Shown here in pieces: positions 13,689 to 23,275 of a DNA stretch of 25,752 nucleotides; positions within the stretch are counted from its first letter, which is position 1, and every line of letters starts with the position of its first letter. Position numbers and translations under genes: made by a program. The stretch is from a virus (lineage: Duplodnaviria; Caudoviricetes): IMG/VR virus record IMGVR_UViG_3300031608_000040, positions 1-25,752 of that record. One strand, written 5' to 3'. Below the pieces are notes generated by a model. The model saw nothing but the letters and a program-made list of their open reading frames with translations, was not told where the DNA came from and did no database searches.

Positions 13689-14588
13689 ATGTCTTTTGCA
13701 AATCTTAAACGTGACCGCGGTCAAATCAGTAAACTCGTCGCAGCAGCCGAAGCTGTTGGTGGAGGGGCTTCTTCAAATAAATATACAGATGATCGTATGT
13801 GGAAGCCTACTGTTGATAAACAGAATAACGGTTATGCCGTTATTCGCTTTCTTCCAGCTACCGAAGGTGCCGAACTTCCATGGGTTCGTTATTGGGATCA
13901 TGGTTTTAAAGGTCCTACCGGTAAATGGTATATTGAAAAATCGCTTACATCTATTGGTCAAGATGATCCAGTTGGAGAGCTTAATAGTAAGCTATGGAAT
14001 ACTGGATTAGAAGCTGATAAAGAAACAGCTCGCCGACAAAAACGTCGTCTACATCATGTGTCAAATATCCTAGTTGTATCTGATCCAGGTAATCCTGCCA
14101 ATGAAGGTAAGGTATTTCTCTATCAATACGGTAAGAAAATCTTTGACAAATTAATGGATGCTATGCAGCCAGAATTTGCAGATGAAGAACCAATCAATCC
14201 ATTTGATTTTTGGACTGGTGCTAACTTCAAACTAAAAATTCGGGATGTTGAAGGTTATCGCAACTACGATAAATCAGAATTTGCTTCTCAAGAAGTACTT
14301 TCTGAAGATGATGCAAAACTTGAAGGTCTTTACAACTCTATGCACGATTTAAATGCATACACAAAAGATGGCTTTAAGTCCTATGCCGAACTAAAGACCA
14401 AGCTAATGAGTGTACTAGGTGAGGCAGCAGTTGCCGGTGCGCCTACCATGGCTCAGGAGCGTAGTCTAGGTGAAGAACGACCAGCGCCTGCTATTAAAGC
14501 AGTGCCTGAACCTGCAATGAGTGCGGTGTCAAGTTCGGATGATGAAGATGATATTATGTCCCATTTTGCTAATTTAGTCAATGATTAA
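13689..14588 (+). CDS. gp32: single-stranded DNA-binding protein gp32
   Basis: MSFANLK, DDRMWKP..DK..NGYAVIRFLP, WYIE.SL.SIG..DPV, YGKKIFDK, NPFDFW.GANFKLK, YRNYDKSEF, acidic tail. Confidence 0.98.
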   Translation: MSFANLKRDRGQISKLVAAAEAVGGGASSNKYTDDRMWKPTVDKQNNGYAVIRFLPATEGAELPWVRYWDHGFKGPTGKWYIEKSLTSIGQDDPVGELNSKLWNTGLEADKETARRQKRRLHHVSNILVVSDPGNPANEGKVFLYQYGKKIFDKLMDAMQPEFADEEPINPFDFWTGANFKLKIRDVEGYRNYDKSEFASQEVLSEDDAKLEGLYNSMHDLNAYTKDGFKSYAELKTKLMSVLGEAAVAGAPTMAQERSLGEERPAPAIKAVPEPAMSAVSSSDDEDDIMSHFANLVND

Positions 14589-14607
14589 ATAGCTAAATAT
14601 AACTGAG

Positions 14608-14637
14608 AAATGCCGGCTTTATGCCGGCATTTTTTTT
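14608..14637. terminator. intrinsic terminator between convergent gp32 and tape-measure genes
   Basis: AAATGCCGGC-TTTAT-GCCGGCATTT followed by T tract. Confidence 0.9.
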
Positions 14638-14638
14638 A

Positions 14639-17050
14639 TTAAAACACGGAAAGATGTTGCCTATTTGGTGGGCCCCATCCTTCAAATCTAGGGTCCATTT
14701 TGGCAAAAGAAGATCCAGCCGGAGCATGTCCGCCAACTACTGCTGAGGAGGTTGAAGTTGTGCTATTGTCAATGTTTCCAATTACTACACCCTGTGTGTT
14801 ATGAAACTTGCTAGCTTCCATTGCAGTGAAAGCGGCTTTTAATTCCTCAGCCCGTCTTTGATCAGAAGGCATAAGTTTTTTTGTAACTGCAGTACCGGTG
14901 GATGCATTAAACAATGCAATCGCAGCTCCCTTGAGAGTTCGATCTTCTGCATTAGTGCCAAGTGTCGCAACAAGACCTGTCTCTACTGCCAGCGCGACAG
15001 TTTTTGCGACTTGTGCTTCAAAGCTTACAGCTGCTGGAATTCCGAAAGCTTCTTTTCTATAAGCCGCATCCATATCGAAGCCCACAGCAATTTTTGGTTT
15101 TAAACCTAATGTTTCTAATATCGTATCTCCGGCGGGCATGCCAGAGATCGAACTTATGACATTGCTCTTTATATCTGCAACTGACGGAATAAAGTCAAAT
15201 ATCATATCGATCAGTCCTTGTAGTTTTTCAACAACCGATTCAACAATTCCACTCATCATTTGTTTACCTTCAGTAACAATATCGGAAATCATATTAGGAA
15301 TAAGGCTAGTAAATATATTTTTTATCCCAGACCATACACCACCATTTGGCTGCGGATCTCCGTCAGCACCTTCTGTTTTAGCAAATAGGTCTGTAAACGA
15401 AGTTACCATTGCTGTTATCTTTGCGGGAATTGCGACTGTAAATACTTCTTTTAAATCTTTGAACATTCCTTCAGGAATTATACCCATTATTTGATCTTTA
15501 AAGTGTTCAGCAATCGCAATTATTTTATTAGGAAGTCTAACAGTAAATCCTTCAATCATATCATTCCATAGAAACTTAATTCTTGTAACAGTTCCTCCAG
15601 CAGTGTCAGGTGACATAGGATCATCAGTCGTGCCAAAGCCAAATAACTTTCCAATGCTTGTTAGAAAATTAGTAAGTGGAGTTAGTATAAAGTTATCAAT
15701 AAAGCTGCCTTCACCCCAGACAGTTTTTGCAAAAGCCTCCCAGGTTTCTTTTGGGTTAGTGAATATACTTTTTATAAAAGTTACAGCACCTGAAATCATA
15801 TTAAATGGAGCCATTAACACACTTTTAAATAATTTTTCAAAAGAAAATTTCTCAGCCCATTTGCCAATTTTACCGGTCATGGATCCCTCATCCCATTGAC
15901 CATCATCGCCTACACCCCAAGGCATTAGTTTTCTAAGAATCCATAATATTCCATTTTTAACTAAATCAAATGGAGCGCCGAAGAAATTAGATAATGTAGT
16001 AGAAAGACCTTCGCTAAAAGCCTTCATCACACCTTCGCCGCTTGCCATCTCATCTTGAAATTTCTTAATACCTGCCCATGCCGACATAAGAACACCGAGT
16101 GGCCATAATATTTTTTTAAACACTCCTGCAAAAAATTTACCAGCTCCAGAATTTAATAAACCTTTTCCAGCATTTCCGAAAGATGCTAATAGTTTACCCG
16201 CCGATCCTGATAACGCATTAGTAACAGCAGCACCTGCAGCTTTAATAGGTGCCATTATTTTGGCAAAACCTTGTGTTATTTTGTGAAATATAGAAACTCC
16301 TTTGTTTGCTCCAAATCTTCCGTCAGCACCACGAGTTTGAATCGTCTCCCCGTCTACGCCTAATCCTACCATAGAATAATATCGACCTTTTAAGTTCGAC
16401 ATAAACGAGCTCATTCTGTTTGAAATCTGCGTAGTAAGAGGAGTTTTTAATTGATTCCCGCCTGGCATTCTTGGTCCAGTATTACCGGCTGGCATTCCTC
16501 CACCTTTCATATCGACATCAAAACCAAATAACTTTAATGCGCTATTTCTTAACATGGCCATTCTATCACCAAAAAACGCAGAAAATGTAGTATAACCTGA
16601 TGGTACTATTTTACCAACAAGTTTATCAGCAAAAGTTAAAGGAATAATCGAACGTAAAGCTTTTCCTATTTTATCAGCATTTGTTATAGCTAATTTTTCC
16701 CACCCACGGAGGCCAGCAAGGGCAGTACCTAATGCTGCCAATCCAGCAGTAAACGCGAGTACTCCTTTAATTCCAGGAATATTTGGTAAGTTAAGTCCGG
16801 ATGTAGCAGGGCTACCGGAGCCAGATGTCGGTCTACGAGGAGCATTAGATACTTGTTTTGCTTCTCTCTCTGCTTCTATACGTCTTCGTTCTGCTTCTCC
16901 AGCTTGATCTTTCATCCAATCGATATATTGAGTAAATCTAACATTTAATTCCTCAAGCGAATGACTCTGCTTCGCTTGAGATCTAATATCCTGAGCGTTA
17001 TAAGCAGACATGTGACTTGCTAAATCATTGAGGTCTTTTATTTGGGCCAT
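14639..17050 (-). CDS. tape-measure/baseplate hub protein (gp29-like), 803 aa
   Basis: G/A-rich amphipathic helical sequence with periodic F/W, RGADGRF motif; directly follows gp26-gp51. Confidence 0.7.
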   Translation of the reverse strand: MAQIKDLNDLASHMSAYNAQDIRSQAKQSHSLEELNVRFTQYIDWMKDQAGEAERRRIEAEREAKQVSNAPRRPTSGSGSPATSGLNLPNIPGIKGVLAFTAGLAALGTALAGLRGWEKLAITNADKIGKALRSIIPLTFADKLVGKIVPSGYTTFSAFFGDRMAMLRNSALKLFGFDVDMKGGGMPAGNTGPRMPGGNQLKTPLTTQISNRMSSFMSNLKGRYYSMVGLGVDGETIQTRGADGRFGANKGVSIFHKITQGFAKIMAPIKAAGAAVTNALSGSAGKLLASFGNAGKGLLNSGAGKFFAGVFKKILWPLGVLMSAWAGIKKFQDEMASGEGVMKAFSEGLSTTLSNFFGAPFDLVKNGILWILRKLMPWGVGDDGQWDEGSMTGKIGKWAEKFSFEKLFKSVLMAPFNMISGAVTFIKSIFTNPKETWEAFAKTVWGEGSFIDNFILTPLTNFLTSIGKLFGFGTTDDPMSPDTAGGTVTRIKFLWNDMIEGFTVRLPNKIIAIAEHFKDQIMGIIPEGMFKDLKEVFTVAIPAKITAMVTSFTDLFAKTEGADGDPQPNGGVWSGIKNIFTSLIPNMISDIVTEGKQMMSGIVESVVEKLQGLIDMIFDFIPSVADIKSNVISSISGMPAGDTILETLGLKPKIAVGFDMDAAYRKEAFGIPAAVSFEAQVAKTVALAVETGLVATLGTNAEDRTLKGAAIALFNASTGTAVTKKLMPSDQRRAEELKAAFTAMEASKFHNTQGVVIGNIDNSTTSTSSAVVGGHAPAGSSFAKMDPRFEGWGPPNRQHLSVF

Positions 17051-17059
17051 CGTCTATTC

Positions 17060-17197
17060 CTACTGCTTTTGCTGTCGCTCTTTGTGTCTTCGCTCTTCTT
17101 CTTTCATATGGTCAATCAACATCATTAAATATATTTCTCTCTCCCAGGGTATCATATTCTCAAGTTCAGTAAGTGCATAATTATGATCCTGCATCAT
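17060..17197 (-). CDS. gp51: gp51 baseplate hub assembly domain (frame open up to 17257; probably reached by frameshift)
   Basis: HNYALTELENMIPWEREIYLMML motif; not in ORF track. Confidence 0.88.
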   Translation of the reverse strand: MMQDHNYALTELENMIPWEREIYLMMLIDHMKEEERRHKERQQKQ

Positions 17198-17247
17198 TCT
17201 AAAATTACTCTGATAGTAATGTAAGAGATTTTCATGGGAGAGACATA

Positions 17248-17958
17248 TTAAAAAAAATCAGCCATTCCTTCTAGTTTCTTTTTATTGACATGACCGCATT
17301 CTGAACAGTCAAACTCAACATCTTTCATAACAGTTGGCATTTTATCCGTATAATTTTTAATCTTTTCAAATTGTACAGTGTCTAAAGATTCAATGAAATT
17401 AGTAATTGCTTTTGAATCTTCGTCTTTAACAATAATTCTATCATCTGCTGTGTTAACGTATTTGATGCAATTGCCTAACATACGAATTGACATGTCAGAA
17501 GGCGACATATCAGACATCGTTGGATCATTTAAACTATTAAAACTTGGCCATTGCATTTCTAAAGATATGTCGTCAGTCAATTCAACAATGTTGCTAATTT
17601 CTGGAAGGTCGGGTTTCGTATCAATTAAATTAATAGTCAATTCATTTGATGTTTCGCACTCTTCACATGCCACACCGATTTTAGCTGTTTCGCCTACAGA
17701 CTTAGATCTGATAATAATAAACATATACTCAATATCAAAAACTGCTAAATCATTCCATTTGATATCAGCTTCTGGGTCAATACATGCTTTAATTGTATCA
17801 ACAATTGCTCCAAACATTTGTTGAGAATCTTGTGATTCAAGCGCTATCATTAAAACTTTTTCTTCCCTTACTAAGTATGGTCTAAATTTTATAATTTGAC
17901 CTGTAGTAGGAATACTCATTTCATATTTTGGTTTATCATTTAGTACTGGTAGTGCCAT
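17248..17958 (-). CDS. gp26: baseplate hub assembly protein gp26
   Basis: MALP...P.Y....P.TG..I.FRPYLVREEKVL, FDIEY.F..IRSKSVGE, two CxxC pairs, LEG..DFF end. Confidence 0.93.
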   Translation of the reverse strand: MALPVLNDKPKYEMSIPTTGQIIKFRPYLVREEKVLMIALESQDSQQMFGAIVDTIKACIDPEADIKWNDLAVFDIEYMFIIIRSKSVGETAKIGVACEECETSNELTINLIDTKPDLPEISNIVELTDDISLEMQWPSFNSLNDPTMSDMSPSDMSIRMLGNCIKYVNTADDRIIVKDEDSKAITNFIESLDTVQFEKIKNYTDKMPTVMKDVEFDCSECGHVNKKKLEGMADFF

Positions 17959-17993
17959 TATATTACCTCATTGTTTAAAATTATATTATTCAT

Positions 17994-18752
17994 TTAACCT
18001 GGATCTTTCCATGGTTTCTTTTGACCATTAGATCTACTAGTTTTTAAAGATCCCCTTAAATCTGGATTAATCCATTCGCCTTTATTTACTGCTGTTAACA
18101 TTGGATTTGTGTTAACTATTTTTCTTTTGGATCTTTGGTTTACATAAGTCTTTTCACTTCTCCAGTTTGTGTAAGTCATACTAACTGTAATTTCAACTGT
18201 TCCATTATTATCATTTGCTAAATCTATTTGCGCCAGCGCAATTGGGAAAGCATCCTCTAAAAGGACGCTATATACTACATTTCCATTAGAATCTAATTGA
18301 TGAATGACTACATCTTTTGCATAACCTCCGAACCGACCTTTTTTGAACTTTATTTCATTAGTATTTAAATCAATTTGTCTATCCATCCATACTTCAAAAT
18401 AGTCTCGAATTTTATAATCATTTGTTTCATAGAATGAAAAATTGACATCTTGAACACTATATCCATATGCAACTTTTTCTGATTTCATTCCGATTCTTCG
18501 ATCGTTAGTTAGTATGCTTCTCATTGGTAAGGTACAAGATTTACACAATAAATTAATATCACCAGTAGGATGCATTCGAGCGTGGTCACCGGCTTGCTGT
18601 ACCATGTCACCCGGAGGTACGTCGGCGCCAACTTGTGTAACTATTGCATCTGGGCCAAGAGCAGGCAATTCAACTGCAAACTTATTAGGTCTTGCAAGAC
18701 CTTGTGCCATCATGCTTTTAAATCTTTCAACTCCTAAGTCAACTTGTTTCAT
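17994..18752 (-). CDS. tail-tube-fold protein (gp54 tube initiator / gp19-like)
   Basis: GLARPNKF.V, C....LP, VAYG, F.F......R.YFE.W, L..AFP, V...Y..W; adjacent to gp2 and gp26. Confidence 0.75.
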   Translation of the reverse strand: MKQVDLGVERFKSMMAQGLARPNKFAVELPALGPDAIVTQVGADVPPGDMVQQAGDHARMHPTGDINLLCKSCTLPMRSILTNDRRIGMKSEKVAYGYSVQDVNFSFYETNDYKIRDYFEVWMDRQIDLNTNEIKFKKGRFGGYAKDVVIHQLDSNGNVVYSVLLEDAFPIALAQIDLANDNNGTVEITVSMTYTNWRSEKTYVNQRSKRKIVNTNPMLTAVNKGEWINPDLRGSLKTSRSNGQKKPWKDPG

Positions 18753-19330
18753 AGCATCCCTCTTGAGTTTTTATACACTTCTTTGCCGGAGGCTTTGTTC
18801 CAAGACGCAGTTGGAAGAAATGTAGCTATCTCCCACTCAGGTGCGTGTACTTTTGCTAATCGACTTTTTAAATGTTTTTTAAGATAGTGTTTAATAGTAG
18901 GTTTGTAGTACTTCATATTGCTTGCTGCTTTTACAGTAGAATAAGTGACGTTGAAATCATCTTCTGATGCCGTTGTCATTAATGCATCTAAAAATTTAGC
19001 TCTAAGAGTTGGAGGTAAATAATGTAGATTCATTCCTAAAAAACCTCCCTTTGCTTTACCGATAATAATCACAAGCGGAAAAGAATCATAAAACGGTAGT
19101 GTGTCTTTATGTTTAGGATCATAGAAAAACATACACATTTTACCAATATCAGTATTATTATTAAGTGTTAACTCTTCCTCTTGCATTAACTCACCTTGAT
19201 TAATTCTACGAAATTCTTTTCCTCGCATAGTACTTATTTTTTTACGGAACCATTCGCGCGACTCTTTGGTGCGAGGAGTAATCCCTGCACGAAAAGCTTC
19301 TAATTCTAGTTTTTTAAATATCTCTGTCAT
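18749..19330 (-). CDS. gp2: DNA end protector gp2
   Basis: SREWF, GKM.MF.YDPKHKDTLPFYD.FPL, GFLG.NLHYLPP.LRA.FL, K.YL..H, WEIA.FLPT. Confidence 0.95.
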   Translation of the reverse strand: MTEIFKKLELEAFRAGITPRTKESREWFRKKISTMRGKEFRRINQGELMQEEELTLNNNTDIGKMCMFFYDPKHKDTLPFYDSFPLVIIIGKAKGGFLGMNLHYLPPTLRAKFLDALMTTASEDDFNVTYSTVKAASNMKYYKPTIKHYLKKHLKSRLAKVHAPEWEIATFLPTASWNKASGKEVYKNSRGML

Positions 19331-19335
19331 GACTC

Positions 19336-19343
19336 TATTTATA
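19336..19343 (-). promoter_or_regulatory. T4-type late promoter TATAAATA (minus strand)
   Basis: TATTTATA on plus strand, at the gp4/gp2 junction; very close to the gp2 start (nearly leaderless mRNA). Confidence 0.65.
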
Positions 19344-19833
19344 CTTTTTTCTTAGGTTTCTTCATTGGAGGTAGTGGTTTTAAACTTTTGCCTTTTGGCC
19401 TTATTCCCATTTTATCAAGAGTATTTTCGGTCCATATTTGAAATTCCCAATTACGATCAGTTGCGTAGTTTTTTGCAGCTTTCCATTTATTCATATTCTT
19501 TACATAAGTCAATCCTTCAGTAATATAACGTTTTGTTTTTTTACCTGGATTTTTCGGAGGTCGTGTTTCTTTATCTGGTTTAATCTCAACCAACACAGTT
19601 TTTTTATTCTTAAATGTAATTTTAAGATCAACAAAATACCTATGATATTTTCGGTCAACTTCATACAAATATGGCACCACGACTTCTTCACTTGACCATG
19701 ATTCAACATCGCTTTGCTCGTCGCACCATTTAAAACAATGTCTTTCCCACATCGATCTATACACTATTTTAGTGTAGTCTCCTCTATATTTCTTTGGATT
19801 TTTAGGTTTGTATTTACCAGAATATGTTTTCAT
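19339..19833 (-). CDS. gp4: head completion nuclease gp4
   Basis: YSGKYKPKNPKKY.GD...IVYRS.WE, WSSEE..VPY, HRYFVD, EIKP, N..KW.AA. Confidence 0.96.
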   Translation of the reverse strand: MKTYSGKYKPKNPKKYRGDYTKIVYRSMWERHCFKWCDEQSDVESWSSEEVVVPYLYEVDRKYHRYFVDLKITFKNKKTVLVEIKPDKETRPPKNPGKKTKRYITEGLTYVKNMNKWKAAKNYATDRNWEFQIWTENTLDKMGIRPKGKSLKPLPPMKKPKKKV

Positions 19834-19842
19834 GTTTTCCCA

Positions 19843-19878
19843 TATAAATATAACTAACAGAATTTAACTATATTTATT
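19843..19878. promoter_or_regulatory. divergent late promoter region
   Basis: TATAAATA (+) 19843-19850 toward gp48; AATAAATA variant (-) 19871-19878 toward gp4. Confidence 0.75.
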
Positions 19879-19888
19879 AGGAAAACAT

Positions 19889-20947
19889 ATGACATTAGAG
19901 GCGAATGCTACCACCACCGCTAATTTTCAACAAGCAGCAAAGCAGCAGTTGCAATTTCCTAGAGAAAACGTGACTGACTTCAAAGCGTATATAAGATTTC
20001 AGCCCATTATGACTACTCCACCAGCTTTAGGTGAAAATAGTAGAATAGGAGATCTGATATTGCGTACCATAGATAATGTTGTCACCGGCAACACGGGGGC
20101 CATTGGCACGGACAACGCAGCGCTTAATGCCCCTGACGGAAATGGCAATCACCTTGAAAAATCTAAAAGAAATCCGTCTAAACAAAGATGTGTTTTATAT
20201 ATGCCGTCTTCTTTTAATATGCAAGATGGTGTTTCTTATTCAACCCCGGCGTTAGGTATATTAGGGCAGTCAATGAAGGAAGGAATTGAAGGCGGTAGTG
20301 GCATTATAGATGGTGGTTTGTCAGCTGCTACAGATGGTTTAAAAAATCTAATTGCCGGAGTAACTGGTGGGATGGGTCAAGATGCTGCAAGACTCGCTGC
20401 AGCTAGACTTACACAGTCATTAACTCAAAATAGTTTTGCGGATGGAGCAGTACGAAGTGCGTTAAAAACGTCAGCACATCCAAATATTGCATTATTGTTT
20501 GACAAACCAGAATTACGAACATTTAGATTTCAATTTAAAATGCAGCCGACTACTGAAGAAGAAGCAATAGAAATAGAGAAGATCGTCAAATTTTTTAGAA
20601 CTGAATTGTATCCTGAGTCATTTGGCATATCTGGCTCGAATACTAGTAATGGAGAGACGTCGGAATATGAAGTTAAAGCTGGGTATAAATTTCCAAATGA
20701 AATCCAAATTTCATTACATTATGATCTAGATAGAAATACACGATCTGACGTTTCTAGCGCACAGGGTTATACCAAATCCCAATGGTTTAGATTTAAGCCG
20801 TGTTATTTAAGATCAGTTAATGCAACATATAACACAAGTAATACTAATAGTTTTTATAAAGGCGGTTATTTTCAAGAAACAACATTAGACCTAAGTTTCC
20901 AAGAAAATGAGTTAATGGATAAAAATGCTGTTAAAGAGGGATTCTAA
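19889..20947 (+). CDS. gp48: baseplate tail tube cap gp48
   Basis: LYMP....QD.VSY, PN..LLF..P.LRTF.FQFKM.P....EA..I..I.KFFR, YKFP, FKPC.L.S....Y, LSFQE. Confidence 0.88.
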   Translation: MTLEANATTTANFQQAAKQQLQFPRENVTDFKAYIRFQPIMTTPPALGENSRIGDLILRTIDNVVTGNTGAIGTDNAALNAPDGNGNHLEKSKRNPSKQRCVLYMPSSFNMQDGVSYSTPALGILGQSMKEGIEGGSGIIDGGLSAATDGLKNLIAGVTGGMGQDAARLAAARLTQSLTQNSFADGAVRSALKTSAHPNIALLFDKPELRTFRFQFKMQPTTEEEAIEIEKIVKFFRTELYPESFGISGSNTSNGETSEYEVKAGYKFPNEIQISLHYDLDRNTRSDVSSAQGYTKSQWFRFKPCYLRSVNATYNTSNTNSFYKGGYFQETTLDLSFQENELMDKNAVKEGF

Positions 20948-21780
20948 TGTCATATTTTCAATCATATCCAGTTGTATCATATCAATTTGGCGGTGGTGAT
21001 AACGGAATATCAGCTGTTCAAAATATATCGGCATATGCTGACATAATTGATAAATTTAAAAATAGCTCTCAAAGTTATTTGTTATACGATATTATAGAAG
21101 GTGACAGACCTGATGTTGTGTCATATAATTTATATGGTAGTGATAATTATTACTGGACATTTTATTTAATGAATGATAATTTAAGAAGGCAGGGATGGCC
21201 TTTAAGTCATAGTGAAACGGTCGACCTAGCAAAAGAATCTTATCCACATACAACTCTTGTTTTTCGTACCGATGATAATGGTGTCGGTCATGTAGGTCAT
21301 TCGGATGCAGCACAAAATCTTGTTAGAATATTTAAGATAGGTTCTAAATTAGAAGGCGCACTTAGTGGTGCAACCGGAACTGTTGTTCGTAAAGATTTAG
21401 ATTTAGGACAAGTAATTATTAGTGGATCGACTGGTGTATGGCAAAATGGTGAAGCAGTGTATTTTAACAGAATAGTTGAAGATCCACTGGCACTTTTAGA
21501 TCCATCCAATACCGCGCAATATGAAGGTATTACCACTTATGAAAACGCTAGGTTAAAAACAAACTCATTAGAATATTTAAGTGCACATCATTATGAAGAT
21601 GCATCCGGAGATTGGATAGACGTAGATCCTAATAGTGAAGCTCAATCATCGCTTATTACTGAAAAAACACACCTAGACTTTATTGACGAAGAAAATGCTA
21701 AATTAAAAAGAATAAAAATATTAAAGCCTAGTATCGTTAGGCAAGTAGCTCAAACCTTTTCGACTGTCATAGGCGGATAA
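20947..21780 (+). CDS. gp53: baseplate wedge subunit gp53
   Basis: YF..YP...Y, Y.I.EGDRPD.VS..LYG...YYW...LMN, WPLS, HHYE, EN...KRIKILKP. Confidence 0.9.
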   Translation: MSYFQSYPVVSYQFGGGDNGISAVQNISAYADIIDKFKNSSQSYLLYDIIEGDRPDVVSYNLYGSDNYYWTFYLMNDNLRRQGWPLSHSETVDLAKESYPHTTLVFRTDDNGVGHVGHSDAAQNLVRIFKIGSKLEGALSGATGTVVRKDLDLGQVIISGSTGVWQNGEAVYFNRIVEDPLALLDPSNTAQYEGITTYENARLKTNSLEYLSAHHYEDASGDWIDVDPNSEAQSSLITEKTHLDFIDEENAKLKRIKILKPSIVRQVAQTFSTVIGG

Positions 21781-21786
21781 TAAACT

Positions 21787-23265
21787 ATGTATGAACAGAA
21801 TAAAATCATTAACCCAGTTTCATATGATATTCAATCAGTGATACTTACTGCAGATCGTTGGTCTGAGTGGGATGATGACGCTGGTTATGATATTAGTCGT
21901 TTTATTTCTGACATAATATTTTATGAAAATTTAGATTTACCATATCTAACTGCGGCAATGTCGTTTTTAGATAATCAAAGTCTTTCGGATAAATTAAATT
22001 TCACCGGCACAGAACGTGTTGAAATAAAAATTATGACAGACGAAGAGCAAATAGATAAGCAACTTTCTATTACTAAACATTTCATTATAACAGAAGTAAT
22101 GTCATCTGAAAAAGTCGGTGATAATAATGAAATGGTATCTTTACATATGATAGAAGAGAGAGCATATCAGTCTAAAGTAACCTCAGTTAATAAATCTTTT
22201 AAAAAAATTAATGCTCACAGAGGATCAGCAGATGCTTTTGCTGGAAATCCTATTGATGTAATTCAAGCATTGCTCAGAACTTTAGATCGATCGACCGCAT
22301 CTGGTGGGTATTTTTTAGATAACAAGTTAATGTACGATAAAAATGATGATCAGCTTCCTATCTTTGATGGTGAATTAAATATTATAATTCCTAATCTTCC
22401 GGCTGTCGATGCAATTAGTTGGATTTCTCGAAGATGTGCTACATCGAGCGGCATGCCGTTTTACACATTTGCATCAATGGGTGACGATAGAATACGATTT
22501 GTTAGTTTAGAAGCTATGCTTAAGATGAATCCCATTAACGAATTACATATGCCTTATACATATTCTTATCAGTTACTATCTGAAGCTCAAACCGTTCCTA
22601 ATGGTGTTAAATCATATATAATATCTGATTTTACGAATACCGGAAGTGATAATCAATTAATATACACAGCTTCCGGACTAGGGACTTCTACACATAGTTT
22701 TATTGATACATACTCTGGGGAAATCAGTACTGTAAATTTTGATCCCGTGCGAATGTTTGATCATTTACATGATCAAAATATTTTAAGTACAAGAGATTTA
22801 CCAGTCTATGATGGAAAATTAAGATTTGGTAGTAGAAATATTGCGGAAATAAATGGAGAAACAAGAACTAATATATCGACATCAAAAACATTTAGTAATA
22901 CAAAAAGAGGTGTTGATGATAAAAAGAGAAGTTATAATGAAGTAGGTGATACAAGTCACCATGCATTAAAAGTTGAATCCAGCGCAGCTAGAGCATTTTT
23001 AACAAAATCTGGTTTAATGATAAAAGTACCAGGTAGAAACTTTTTGGCGAAAAATAGCAATCTCACAATAGGAAACAAAATTTCTGTTGAATTTAAAAAG
23101 AACATAGTGCAATCGCCGCAAGAAGGTGTGAATCATGCAGGAGACTTGTTAGATCTTAAGAGATCTGGTGAATATATAATTTATGGTGCAGAACATACTT
23201 TTAGTGTGGATGACGGTTATTCGGTCGGGCTGAATTTAGTAAGATTAGCTTTACAAAAAAGATAA
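21787..23265 (+). CDS. baseplate structural protein, probable hub (gp27-like), 492 aa
   Basis: Position between gp53 and gp5; YE.L..PYLTA, TG.ER, VPG, D..RSG.Y.I....H.F pattern. Confidence 0.55.
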   Translation: MYEQNKIINPVSYDIQSVILTADRWSEWDDDAGYDISRFISDIIFYENLDLPYLTAAMSFLDNQSLSDKLNFTGTERVEIKIMTDEEQIDKQLSITKHFIITEVMSSEKVGDNNEMVSLHMIEERAYQSKVTSVNKSFKKINAHRGSADAFAGNPIDVIQALLRTLDRSTASGGYFLDNKLMYDKNDDQLPIFDGELNIIIPNLPAVDAISWISRRCATSSGMPFYTFASMGDDRIRFVSLEAMLKMNPINELHMPYTYSYQLLSEAQTVPNGVKSYIISDFTNTGSDNQLIYTASGLGTSTHSFIDTYSGEISTVNFDPVRMFDHLHDQNILSTRDLPVYDGKLRFGSRNIAEINGETRTNISTSKTFSNTKRGVDDKKRSYNEVGDTSHHALKVESSAARAFLTKSGLMIKVPGRNFLAKNSNLTIGNKISVEFKKNIVQSPQEGVNHAGDLLDLKRSGEYIIYGAEHTFSVDDGYSVGLNLVRLALQKR

Positions 23266-23275
23266 GGGTTTAAAT

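Noticed and set aside
14858-18825. Plus-strand ORFs of 65-148 aa
   Set aside because: Antisense shadows of the tape-measure, gp26 and tube-fold genes
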